A DNA stretch of 14,025 nucleotides from Candidatus Woesearchaeota archaeon (GTDB lineage: Archaea > Nanobdellota > Nanobdellia > SCGC-AAA011-G17 > JACPIM01). This document shows positions 6,569-14,025 of this stretch, piece by piece. Below the pieces are notes generated by a model. It was not told the origin of the DNA and made no database searches. It worked only from the letters and a program-made list of their open reading frames with translations. Within the stretch, counting starts at the first letter, position 1. Every line of letters starts with the position of its first letter. A program made the position numbers and the translations under genes. The stretch covers positions 1 through 14,025 of the forward strand of contig CAZELK010000013.1 in assembly GCA_964513145.1 (NCBI GenBank), given 5' to 3'.

Positions 6569-6588
6569 TTTTTTGAAATCTGGTTTGT

Positions 6589-6630
6589 ATTTATAATTTT
6601 CTATTTAACTGGAATACAAAAGCTTAAAAA
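6589..6630. promoter_or_regulatory. Back-to-back promoters: AGAAAA-TTATAAAT (minus, 6602-6589; ferredoxin) and CAAAAG-CTTAAAAA (plus, 6617-6630; aglB)
   Basis: Each TATA ends 24 nt from its ATG (6565 and 6654). Confidence 0.55.
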
Positions 6631-6653
6631 TAAACTATTATATTTTAAGAGAA

Positions 6654-9335
6654 ATGTCGGAGCAAGATATTTTAAAAATCAGGAAAGACAAACTCTTTAA
6701 GTTTTTAAAAGAACATAAGGAAATATTTGGTGTACTGGGTTTAATTATTTTAATGTTCATTAGTTTTAATATCAGAATTAGCAATCTGCCTTTATTGCAT
6801 GATACTACAACTGGGCTTTATATTCCAGGCGATCCTGATGCTGCTGAATTTCTAAGATATGCAAAATATGTAAATGAAAATGGGTCTTTAATGGAGAAAG
6901 ATACATTTAGATATTATCCCCTCGGTTATACTAATTTGGATGAGTTTAGGTTCTTATCATATTTCATAGTTTATTTATTCAAATTTTTATCATTGTTTAA
7001 TGCTTCAATTAATCTGAATTATGTTGCTGTAATTTTTCCGGCAATAACATTTGCAATAGCCTTAATTCCATTTTATTTTTTAGTAAGAAAACTGTTTGAT
7101 TTTAGGGTGGCTCTTTTAGCTTCATCTTTTTTAGCTTTAATGCCGCCATTTTTGTACAGAACTATAGCTGGAGTCGGGGATAAAGAAGCTTTGGCTATAA
7201 TTTTCTTTTTCAGTGCATTTTGTTTTTTTATACATGCTTTAAAGTCCACAGCTAAAATAAAATACGCTCATGCTGTTCTTGCTGGTATTTCAACTGCCTT
7301 GCTTGGCATAACATGGGGGGGAGTAAATTTTGTTTTCTTAATAATTGGGTTAACAATTTTGTCCAAAATAATATTAGATAATTTTAGCAAGGAAGACTAT
7401 TATATCTATTTAATCTGGTGGATAATTACTTTTGTTTTATTAAATAAATTTTATAATTATTATTATGGTTTTGGGTCTATTTTGATTGCTTTAACTTCGC
7501 AATTGACATTGCTTGCGTTAGTTTCAGGAACAATTCATTATTTAATAAAGGAGATTAATTTATTTAAGATAAAAGAAAAATTAAATCTGGAAAAATACCC
7601 CATAGGAGTTTTGAGTTTTGGAATTACTGCTGTTATAGGGCTTATTTTTATAATTGGTTATTATGGATTGGGGTTTATTACAGACAGAATATTAAATACA
7701 TATATAGATTTAACTCGACCATTTAGCAGAAATAGGTGGGCTTTAACTGTTGCAGAAAGCCAGCAGCCATTTGTCAGTTCTTGGTTTGGTGATTTTGGAA
7801 AGACTTTTATGTATCTATTCTTAATATCCACAGTTTTATTATTTTATGAGTGCTTTAAAAATTTAAAGAAACACAGGATTATTTTAACTTCAGCTTATGC
7901 ATTATTTTTATTGGCATTTATATTTAACAGATATTCTAGTGATTCTATATTAAATGGAAAAACAACATTTTCATTAGTTTTATACATAGGTTCAATAATA
8001 ATTTTTACATTAACAATTATTGGTTATTTTATTTATTCTTTTTTTAAAAATAAAGATTTGTACAGCACATTTTCAAAAATTGACAATTCGCATATATTTG
8101 TTTTAATCTGGTTTTTATTTACAGCTATTGGTGCAAGAAGCGCAGTAAGATTAACATTTATTTTTGTTCCAGTTACTACTGTCTTAACTTCATATTTATT
8201 ATTTAGGATTTTGGACTACGGTTTATATTCTAATAATAATCTGAAAAAAATTGGGTCTGTTTTATTAGTTGGAATTTTAGTTTTCGCCCCTTTTGTTAGT
8301 GGTAGTTTAATTGAAAGAGGAAAAATAACAATCGACATAGCTAAAAGAACAGGGCCTAGTTTTGACCAGCAATGGCAGCAAGGGATGTCATGGGTAAGAG
8401 GGAATACACCCAAAGATAGCGTGTTTGCACATTGGTGGGATTATGGTTATTGGGTTCAGGCTTTTGGAGAAAGGGCAACTTTAAGTGATGGCGGTAATGC
8501 AAGGGGTGCAATAAATCACTTTATTGGAAGACATTTATTAACAGGAAGAAATAGGACTGAAGCCTTAGAATTATTAAAAACCCATAATGCAACTCATCTT
8601 TTAATTGTTTCAGAAGAAATAGGAAAATATACTGCTTTTTCCAGTATTGGTGCTGATGAAAATTATGATAGATATTCATATTTACCAACATTTTTTATGA
8701 ATCCGGCAGAAGTTCAGGAAGGCAGGGATGAAAATTGGGTGGAAACAAGTTCTTATTTATATCGTGGTAGTTTTGTTTTGGATGAGGATTTTATTTATGG
8801 TGGAAAATTATTTCCAAAATCAAATTCCGAGATAGCTGGAGTAATTTTAAAAACAAGAAACAATAATTCCACAACTTCAATGGAGATTGCACAGCCAACA
8901 GTAATCTTGTTTTATCAGGGCCAGAGATCAGATGTTCCATTAAATTGTCTTTGGGTAAATGGTTTTGAATATTCCTTTAATATTCCAGACGGATACAATG
9001 GATGCTTAAGATTAATGCCCACAGTAGATGAAAATGGACAGGTAAATCCAATAATGGGTGGGGTATTTTTATCTCCAAATACTAAAAATACTTTATTTTC
9101 ACAATTATATTTATTTGACAAAAATACAGGAAACAATAAAGACTGGGAAGGCTTTGAAAAAATATATGATGATTCTGACAAGGGATATGGTCTTGCTTAT
9201 TATATTAAATATGGAAGACTTATAGGTCCAATGAAAATTTGGAAATTAAGCTATAGCCCGGATATAAAAACAAACCCAATATATTTGAAAACAGAAGTAC
9301 CAAATCCAGATGTTGAAAAAGTCAGTAATTATTAA
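6654..9335 (+). CDS. aglB: Archaeal oligosaccharyltransferase AglB (STT3 family)
   Basis: WWDYG (8433-8447), DPD...LR first acidic motif, GVGDKE, TVAE, ExxK variant of the DK motif. Large N-terminal multi-TM region and soluble C-terminal domain. Confidence 0.97.
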   Translation: MSEQDILKIRKDKLFKFLKEHKEIFGVLGLIILMFISFNIRISNLPLLHDTTTGLYIPGDPDAAEFLRYAKYVNENGSLMEKDTFRYYPLGYTNLDEFRFLSYFIVYLFKFLSLFNASINLNYVAVIFPAITFAIALIPFYFLVRKLFDFRVALLASSFLALMPPFLYRTIAGVGDKEALAIIFFFSAFCFFIHALKSTAKIKYAHAVLAGISTALLGITWGGVNFVFLIIGLTILSKIILDNFSKEDYYIYLIWWIITFVLLNKFYNYYYGFGSILIALTSQLTLLALVSGTIHYLIKEINLFKIKEKLNLEKYPIGVLSFGITAVIGLIFIIGYYGLGFITDRILNTYIDLTRPFSRNRWALTVAESQQPFVSSWFGDFGKTFMYLFLISTVLLFYECFKNLKKHRIILTSAYALFLLAFIFNRYSSDSILNGKTTFSLVLYIGSIIIFTLTIIGYFIYSFFKNKDLYSTFSKIDNSHIFVLIWFLFTAIGARSAVRLTFIFVPVTTVLTSYLLFRILDYGLYSNNNLKKIGSVLLVGILVFAPFVSGSLIERGKITIDIAKRTGPSFDQQWQQGMSWVRGNTPKDSVFAHWWDYGYWVQAFGERATLSDGGNARGAINHFIGRHLLTGRNRTEALELLKTHNATHLLIVSEEIGKYTAFSSIGADENYDRYSYLPTFFMNPAEVQEGRDENWVETSSYLYRGSFVLDEDFIYGGKLFPKSNSEIAGVILKTRNNNSTTSMEIAQPTVILFYQGQRSDVPLNCLWVNGFEYSFNIPDGYNGCLRLMPTVDENGQVNPIMGGVFLSPNTKNTLFSQLYLFDKNTGNNKDWEGFEKIYDDSDKGYGLAYYIKYGRLIGPMKIWKLSYSPDIKTNPIYLKTEVPNPDVEKVSNY

Positions 9336-9338
9336 ATA

Positions 9339-9352
9339 AATAGGTTTTTAAA
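9339..9352 (+). promoter_or_regulatory. TATA-like TTTTTAAA (9345-9352) with purine-rich BRE for the aglH-like operon
   Basis: TATA ends 23 nt before ATG 9375. Confidence 0.45.
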
Positions 9353-9374
9353 TTTTAATTATTAGCACAAATTC

Positions 9375-10364
9375 ATGAGATGGCTTTTATATTTTAGTTT
9401 ATTATTAAGTTTTTTAGTTACATTTATTATAACGCCTTATCTAATTAGATATCTAAGAAAAATAGATCTTGTTGTTAAAGATGTTCACAAGGAAAACAAG
9501 CCCTTAATTCCTGTTTCAGGTGGTTTAGCTGTTCTCGGTGGCTTGATGGCTGGATTGATGCTGTATATTTTTATTCAAACATTTTATTATGAAAGTCCCC
9601 AGACTTTGCTTTTTTTATTTAGCGGAATAACAACAATTTTGCTTATAACTTTTATAGGGTTTATAGATGACTTAATTATTGAAAGAAATAAAGACGAAAC
9701 ATCAGGTTTAAGACAATGGCAAAAACCAATTCTTACTTTATTGGCTGCTGTTCCTTTAATGGTTGTTCAGGCAGGAACTTCTACAATGCTAATACCTTTT
9801 TTAGGCAGGATAGATATAGGGTTACTTTATCCATTGTTTTTTGTTCCTCTCGGTATTCTCGGGGCTTCGAATATGGTAAATATATTAGCTGGTTTTAATG
9901 GAAGCGAAACTGGAATGGCGATAATTTACTTGGGCTCTTTGGGATTATACGCTTATGTAAATGAAAGATATAGCGCCGCTGCAATTGCTGGAATTACTGT
10001 TTGTGCCTTGATTGCGTTTTATTATTATAATAAGGTTCCTGCAAAGATTTTGGCTGGTGATAGTTTAACTTATCTTTTGGGTGGGGTTTTAGTTACAGTT
10101 GCTGTACTCGGTAATATTGAAAAAGCAGCAGTAATAATTTCAATTCCCTTTATTATTGAATTCATGTTAAAAGCAAGGGGAAGATTCAAGAAAAAATCAA
10201 TAGGTTCTCTTGAAAATGGAAAAATTAAATCATTGTATGGCAAAGAAATTTATTCAATACCCCATATTTTAACAAGAACAGGAAGATTTACAGAAAAACA
10301 GGTTGTTTATTTTATGATATTTGTACAAATAATATTTTCAAGTTTAATTTGGATAATAAAATGA
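9375..10364 (+). CDS. aglH: Glycosyltransferase family 4 (MraY/GPT-like), probable UDP-GlcNAc:dolichyl-phosphate GlcNAc-1-phosphotransferase
   Basis: DVHK...PVSGG, IGFIDD, SNMVNILAGFNG, PAKILAGDSLTY and many TM helices. Adjacent to aglB. Confidence 0.88.
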   Translation: MRWLLYFSLLLSFLVTFIITPYLIRYLRKIDLVVKDVHKENKPLIPVSGGLAVLGGLMAGLMLYIFIQTFYYESPQTLLFLFSGITTILLITFIGFIDDLIIERNKDETSGLRQWQKPILTLLAAVPLMVVQAGTSTMLIPFLGRIDIGLLYPLFFVPLGILGASNMVNILAGFNGSETGMAIIYLGSLGLYAYVNERYSAAAIAGITVCALIAFYYYNKVPAKILAGDSLTYLLGGVLVTVAVLGNIEKAAVIISIPFIIEFMLKARGRFKKKSIGSLENGKIKSLYGKEIYSIPHILTRTGRFTEKQVVYFMIFVQIIFSSLIWIIK

Positions 10365-11062
10365 CTGATTTTTCTATAATAATACCAGCTAAAAACGAAG
10401 AAAAGCGAATTAAAAAAACCCTTATTGATTATACTGAGTTTTTTAGAAAAAAGAAAACTAATTTTGAAATTCTTGTTATTATAAATAATTCAAATGATAA
10501 AACAGAGGATATTGTAAGAGAAGTGCAGTATAAATCTAAAGAAATTAATTATGTAAACTTTAATGAGGCAATTGGAAAGGGTGGGGCTTTAATTGAAGGG
10601 TTTAAACTGGCAAAGGGCAATTTAATCACATACACTGATGCTGACGGGGCAACATCCCCGGAAACATTATATTCATTAAGCAATAAAATAGAAAATTATG
10701 ATGGGATAATAGGGTCAAGATGGATAAATGGTGCAGTGATTTTGAAAAAACAGCCATTAAAGAGAAGAATTGCAAGTCGGGGATTTAATTTGCTTACGCG
10801 AATTATCCTTGGGCTTGAATATAAAGATACACAATGTCCAGCAAAAATATTTAAGAAATATGTAATTGATGCAATTAAATACAAAGTTGAACCAACAAAT
10901 TTTGCTATAGATGCTATTTTATTATACCATGTAAAAAGAAATAATTTTAAAATAAAAGAAGAGCCAATAACTTGGGAGGACAAAGAATTTTCAACTTTAA
11001 AAATGAGAAAGGCAATACCAAATATGCTATTGGCTATAATAAAAACAAGATTAAAATGCTGA
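10361..11062 (+). CDS. Glycosyltransferase family 2, dolichyl-phosphate glycosyltransferase (ALG5/AglD N-terminal-like)
   Basis: SIIIPAKNEEKRI, GKGGA, TDADGAT, IGSR, KDTQCPAKIF and EEPITWED motifs. ATG 10361 forms an ATGA overlap with the aglH stop and is preferred over TTG 10349. Confidence 0.92.
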   Translation: MTDFSIIIPAKNEEKRIKKTLIDYTEFFRKKKTNFEILVIINNSNDKTEDIVREVQYKSKEINYVNFNEAIGKGGALIEGFKLAKGNLITYTDADGATSPETLYSLSNKIENYDGIIGSRWINGAVILKKQPLKRRIASRGFNLLTRIILGLEYKDTQCPAKIFKKYVIDAIKYKVEPTNFAIDAILLYHVKRNNFKIKEEPITWEDKEFSTLKMRKAIPNMLLAIIKTRLKC

Positions 11063-12018
11063 AGAAATTATTGCATGTAATTGGAATTATTTTGTTTATT
11101 TACATAATTATTAAAATAGGACCTTTGCAATTATTTGATACAATTAAAAATGCTGACAAAATTTATTTAATTATTGGATTAATATTAACGCCAATTTTCA
11201 TTCTGCCTTTGGCATTCAAATGGTATATTATTTTAAAAAAGCAAAATATTAACTTGAATTTTCTTTATGTTCTTAAGATATATTATATTGGTGCTTTTTA
11301 TGGTTTTATAACCCCTGCAAGGGCAGGCAGCATAATACGCGCGAATTATATAAAACAGAAAATAAAAAAAGGTTTTGTGGAATGTGCTTCAAGCATTGTT
11401 ATAGAAAGGATTTTGGATGTCTTGGCAATATTCAGCTTTGCTTTTATTGGCAGTCTTCTTTTTGTTAAATCAAATACAAGTTTATCAGCAGCTTTAATTA
11501 TTTCTTTTTTAGTGTTTTTAGTATGTATTTTATTATTTATGAGAAAAAAAAGGGGCATGTTTATTCTTAGCCTAATATACAACCACATATTGCCGCAAAG
11601 TATAAAAGAAAAAACAAATGGTTCATTGAATACATTTTATAACAGCTTGCCAAGATTAAGGAACTTGGTTGTTGTATTTTTTTTGACTATTTTTACATGG
11701 CTGGTTTTGTATTATCAAACATTTATATTCGCCAAGGCTTTTTATATAACTACGATTCCGTTTTATATTTTTGTAAGTTTTGTTTCTATTGGCACAGTCA
11801 TATCATTAATTCCAATATCTGTCTCTGGTTTGGGAACAAGAGAATTAACTTTAATAACTTTATTTTCATTGTACAACATTAAACCTGAAGCTATAGTCTC
11901 AACTTCATTGGTGTCTTTTTTTGGCGTTGGATTAATAGAGGGGTTAATAGGCTTATTTTTTGCAGTAAAGGAAGATAAAAATGAAAAAATTCTCAATTAT
12001 AATACCCCTGGCTCCTGA
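11056..12018 (+). CDS. Lysylphosphatidylglycerol-synthase TM domain (flippase-like, UPF0104) membrane protein
   Basis: KW...L, YYIGAFYGFITPARAG, IERILD and PISVSGLGTRE motifs with multiple TM segments. ATG 11056 overlaps the GT2 stop (ATGCTGA). The track's TTG 10972 gives an uncharacteristic hydrophilic extension. Confidence 0.9.
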   Translation: MLKKLLHVIGIILFIYIIIKIGPLQLFDTIKNADKIYLIIGLILTPIFILPLAFKWYIILKKQNINLNFLYVLKIYYIGAFYGFITPARAGSIIRANYIKQKIKKGFVECASSIVIERILDVLAIFSFAFIGSLLFVKSNTSLSAALIISFLVFLVCILLFMRKKRGMFILSLIYNHILPQSIKEKTNGSLNTFYNSLPRLRNLVVVFFLTIFTWLVLYYQTFIFAKAFYITTIPFYIFVSFVSIGTVISLIPISVSGLGTRELTLITLFSLYNIKPEAIVSTSLVSFFGVGLIEGLIGLFFAVKEDKNEKILNYNTPGS

Positions 12019-12874
12019 AAGAGACTGTGAGGTTAAGGAGACTGTATCTAATCTAGATTTTGATAAAAAAAATTATGAAGTTATTATTAAAGTTGGAAAA
12101 AATCCATCTTTAAACAGAAATAACGGTGCAAAAGAAGCAAAAGGGGAAATATTATGTTTTCTTGATGATGATGCAAAAATAGAGAAGAATATTTTAAAAA
12201 AAGCTGAAGAATTTTTTAATAAGTATAATATTGACATTTTGGGCGGACCACAATTAACTCCTATTGATGATAAATATTTTGCAAAAACTTCTGGCTATGC
12301 AATGGCTGATTTTTTTTGTACTGTGAATATGAGTAACAGGTACAAAAAAGGAAAATTAAATTTAAATGCTGATGAAAACAGCTTAACATCTGCAATTTGT
12401 TTTGTTAAAAAAAATGTTTTTGATAAATTAAAAGGGTTTAACTTGAATTTATTTCCTGGAGAAGACCCGGAATTTTTCTTCAGAGCAAAAAAATATGGAT
12501 ATAAAATTGCTTATTCTCCAGATATATTTATTTATCATAGAAGACGACCGACATTAAATGGGCTATGGAAACAGTTTTCAAATTACGGATTTACAAGAGT
12601 TAAAAAAGAAAGATCATTGAATGAAAAAATTAATTTTCTTTATTTATTGCCTTCTATTTTTTTAATTTATATTTTATTACTGATCCCACTTTTATTTATT
12701 TCTTTAGTATTTATAATGCCTTTATTATTTTATATTTTAATTATTATTATTTCAGGTTTAAAACAGATAATAGCATATAATGATTTAAAAGCAATATTTT
12801 TATTGCCTTTTATTTATCCTTTAATACATATTAGTTACGGTTATGGATTATTAAGAGGATTAATGAGAAAATAA
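11981..12874 (+). CDS. Glycosyltransferase family 2 with C-terminal TM helices
   Basis: FSIIIP, RNNGAKEAKGEILCFLDDD, GEDPE, IYHRRR and a hydrophobic C-terminus. Overlaps the upstream gene by 38 nt. Confidence 0.9.
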   Translation: MKKFSIIIPLAPERDCEVKETVSNLDFDKKNYEVIIKVGKNPSLNRNNGAKEAKGEILCFLDDDAKIEKNILKKAEEFFNKYNIDILGGPQLTPIDDKYFAKTSGYAMADFFCTVNMSNRYKKGKLNLNADENSLTSAICFVKKNVFDKLKGFNLNLFPGEDPEFFFRAKKYGYKIAYSPDIFIYHRRRPTLNGLWKQFSNYGFTRVKKERSLNEKINFLYLLPSIFLIYILLLIPLLFISLVFIMPLLFYILIIIISGLKQIIAYNDLKAIFLLPFIYPLIHISYGYGLLRGLMRK

Positions 12875-13143
12875 TGGAAACCAAATTTATAACAGACAAA
12901 TATATGCTGAGAAGGTTTTTGAGAAGTTTTGATTTAGATAATAGTAGCGAATTAGAAAAAAAAGCTGAAGAGATTATTGACGTAATTACTCTTGTTGCGA
13001 ATAAAGAAAAAGACAATTTATACGAGTATAATTGCGTTTTGGATGAATTAAGATTGGCTATAAGTGACAAAAATTCCAATGGGAAATTTGCTGATTTAAT
13101 TGATCATTTTATTAATAAGTTATATGGACTAAATAGTAAATAG
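12874..13143 (+). CDS. Hypothetical protein (89 aa)
   Basis: TAATG 1-nt overlap with the GT2 stop. Soluble helical composition, no recognisable motif. Confidence 0.7.
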   Translation: METKFITDKYMLRRFLRSFDLDNSSELEKKAEEIIDVITLVANKEKDNLYEYNCVLDELRLAISDKNSNGKFADLIDHFINKLYGLNSK

Positions 13144-13156
13144 ATTATAATAAACA

Positions 13157-13178
13157 GAACAAATGTGTTCGACCCCCC
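13157..13178. terminator. Possible hairpin (GAACA-aatg-TGTTC) next to a C6 tract between convergent genes
   Basis: The inverted repeat is read directly. On the minus strand it is followed by TGTTTATT. Weak stem; function is inferred only from position. Confidence 0.25.
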
Positions 13179-13200
13179 AAACTTGCTTAAAACTTAGAAT

Positions 13201-13926
13201 CTATTTAAGCGTGGCTTTTTTTAATTTTCTCCAAAATATGAGTTTTTCAAAAAAACGTCCAAATTTAGTTTTATATTTTATTTCTTTATACTTTATTTTT
13301 CTTTTTAAACTCTCTATTTTTATTCTTCTAATTTCTTCTCTATGTTTCTTTTTCAAGCTCAAACTAATTGCAACTGACCTTGGGACTTTGATATTGTATC
13401 TTATTAAAGCAAAAATTATTGATATTAAAACTAAAATAAAAATTGAAGCAAATAAGGTTATTAAATCTAGATTAATATTTCCCATTATTAATATAACTAA
13501 TAATATTGATGTTACATAAGTTGGAATTGACGAATAAATCAAAAAATCGATTTTTTTAGGTAATATATGATAAAATTGAAAAGTTACAGAAACTAGAGCC
13601 CATAATGCCAAAATAGAAACTAAGATTATTTTGCTTTTATTTAAAAAAAGAGCATTGATTATATTTCCATTGTTTGTCTCATAAATAAATCTGAATAATG
13701 TTGTTGTCACCCATATCAAAGATACTGAGTTACTAAAAGCAGTATTCCATCCTATTTCTTCATTTTTATATCTTCCAAAATAAAGCTGAATAAAAATTAA
13801 AGTTAGAAATAAAGGTGCAATAACCCATAATAAATTTTTATAATATGCTGGTTTGGATATTATCTCCATAGTTCTTGGTAATACTAAATCAATAAAATAA
13901 TCAAAATAAAATTGATAATCAACCAT
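13201..13926 (-). CDS. Hypothetical polytopic membrane protein with a highly basic C-terminal tail
   Basis: About 6 hydrophobic segments, YFGRYKNEEIGWNTA motif, and 22 K/R in the last 50 aa. Start placed at ATG 13926 (26 nt from TATA). The track's ATG 13947 is only 5 nt from the TATA box. Confidence 0.8.
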   Translation of the reverse strand: MVDYQFYFDYFIDLVLPRTMEIISKPAYYKNLLWVIAPLFLTLIFIQLYFGRYKNEEIGWNTAFSNSVSLIWVTTTLFRFIYETNNGNIINALFLNKSKIILVSILALWALVSVTFQFYHILPKKIDFLIYSSIPTYVTSILLVILIMGNINLDLITLFASIFILVLISIIFALIRYNIKVPRSVAISLSLKKKHREEIRRIKIESLKRKIKYKEIKYKTKFGRFFEKLIFWRKLKKATLK

Positions 13927-13951
13927 CTTTTTAATTAAGAAAAGCATTTTA

Positions 13952-13965
13952 TATATAAAGATTTT
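13952..13965 (-). promoter_or_regulatory. BRE/TATA (AAAATC-TTTATATA) for the membrane protein gene
   Basis: TATA ends 26 nt before ATG 13926. Confidence 0.6.
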
Positions 13966-13972
13966 TAAAATA

Positions 13973-13989
13973 GGCTCTGGTGCAATCCT
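13973..13989 (-). repeat. Copy 2 of the dispersed 17-nt element AGGATTGCACCAGAGCC
   Basis: 15/17 identical to 1461-1477 with an exact 11-nt core, same strand, same offset from BRE/TATA. Confidence 0.7.
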
Positions 13990-14025
13990 CTGATAATTAT
14001 AATAAGATAATTTAGCTTTCTGTCT

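Noticed and set aside
6339-6596. 85-aa plus-strand ORF
   Set aside because: Antisense to the ferredoxin, which has a clear motif and promoter.
8216-11996. ORFs 8216-8413(-), 8915-9181(-), 9716-9898(+), 10696-10983(-), 11346-11588(-), 11697-11882(+) and 11763-11996(-)
   Set aside because: Shadows of aglB, aglH, GT2 and flippase-like genes.
11544-12414. Homopolymer runs of 8 A or T (for example 11544-11551 and 12407-12414) as phase-variation tracts
   Set aside because: Expected at this AT content, and all host frames are intact.
13157-13170. GAAC…GTTC as a Gram-positive-type LexA box, or GTTCGA as a tRNA T-loop
   Set aside because: The spacer is N6 rather than N4, and the site lies between 3' ends rather than at a promoter. 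The T-stem arms (ATGTG/CCCCC) do not pair.
12831-13519. ORFs 12831-13079(-) and 13163-13519(+)
   Set aside because: Antisense to better-supported genes.
1461-13989. The two 17-nt direct repeats as attL/attR or tRNA 3' ends (…GCACCA) bounding a 12.5-kb element
   Set aside because: No T-loop or cloverleaf upstream of either CCA, no integrase or transposase, and the enclosed genes (aglB, msrB) look chromosomal. Fixed spacing to TATA favours a promoter element.
1-14025. CRISPR array, rRNA, tRNA, IS elements, stop-codon recoding or selenocysteine
   Set aside because: No repeat-spacer periodicity, cloverleaf or transposase seen. TGA and TAG end genes at expected positions, and the MsrB catalytic residue is Cys.

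Overview
AT-rich (roughly 25-30% GC by eye), gene-dense archaeal chromosomal segment, most likely from a DPANN lineage such as Woesearchaeota/Pacearchaeota. This is inferred from AglB, an AglH-like enzyme, BRE/TATA promoters and composition, not from a search. I call 16 CDS. The right half is an N-glycosylation cluster: aglB, then aglH-like GT4, GT2, flippase-like membrane protein, GT2 and an orphan. The left and middle hold a Cys-rich surface protein, a 72-aa protein resembling a stand-alone EF-2 domain V, a cobalamin-binding radical SAM enzyme divergent from a YkwB-like GNAT, a DPM1-like GT2, msrB, a SpoIIM-like membrane protein and a 3-Cys ferredoxin coupled to an orphan. I saw no tRNA, rRNA, CRISPR array or mobile element. 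Best leads: (1) the exported Cys-rich protein has 50 Asn and 99 Ser/Thr but no N-X-S/T sequon, beside a glycosylation locus; (2) the free-standing EF-2 domain V-like gene has its own promoter; (3) a GC-rich 17-nt element recurs at the same spacing upstream of the TATA boxes of two unrelated membrane/surface genes 12.5 kb apart; (4) the surface protein has a three-fold TNAH repeat domain. All family calls come from motif recognition, not database searches.
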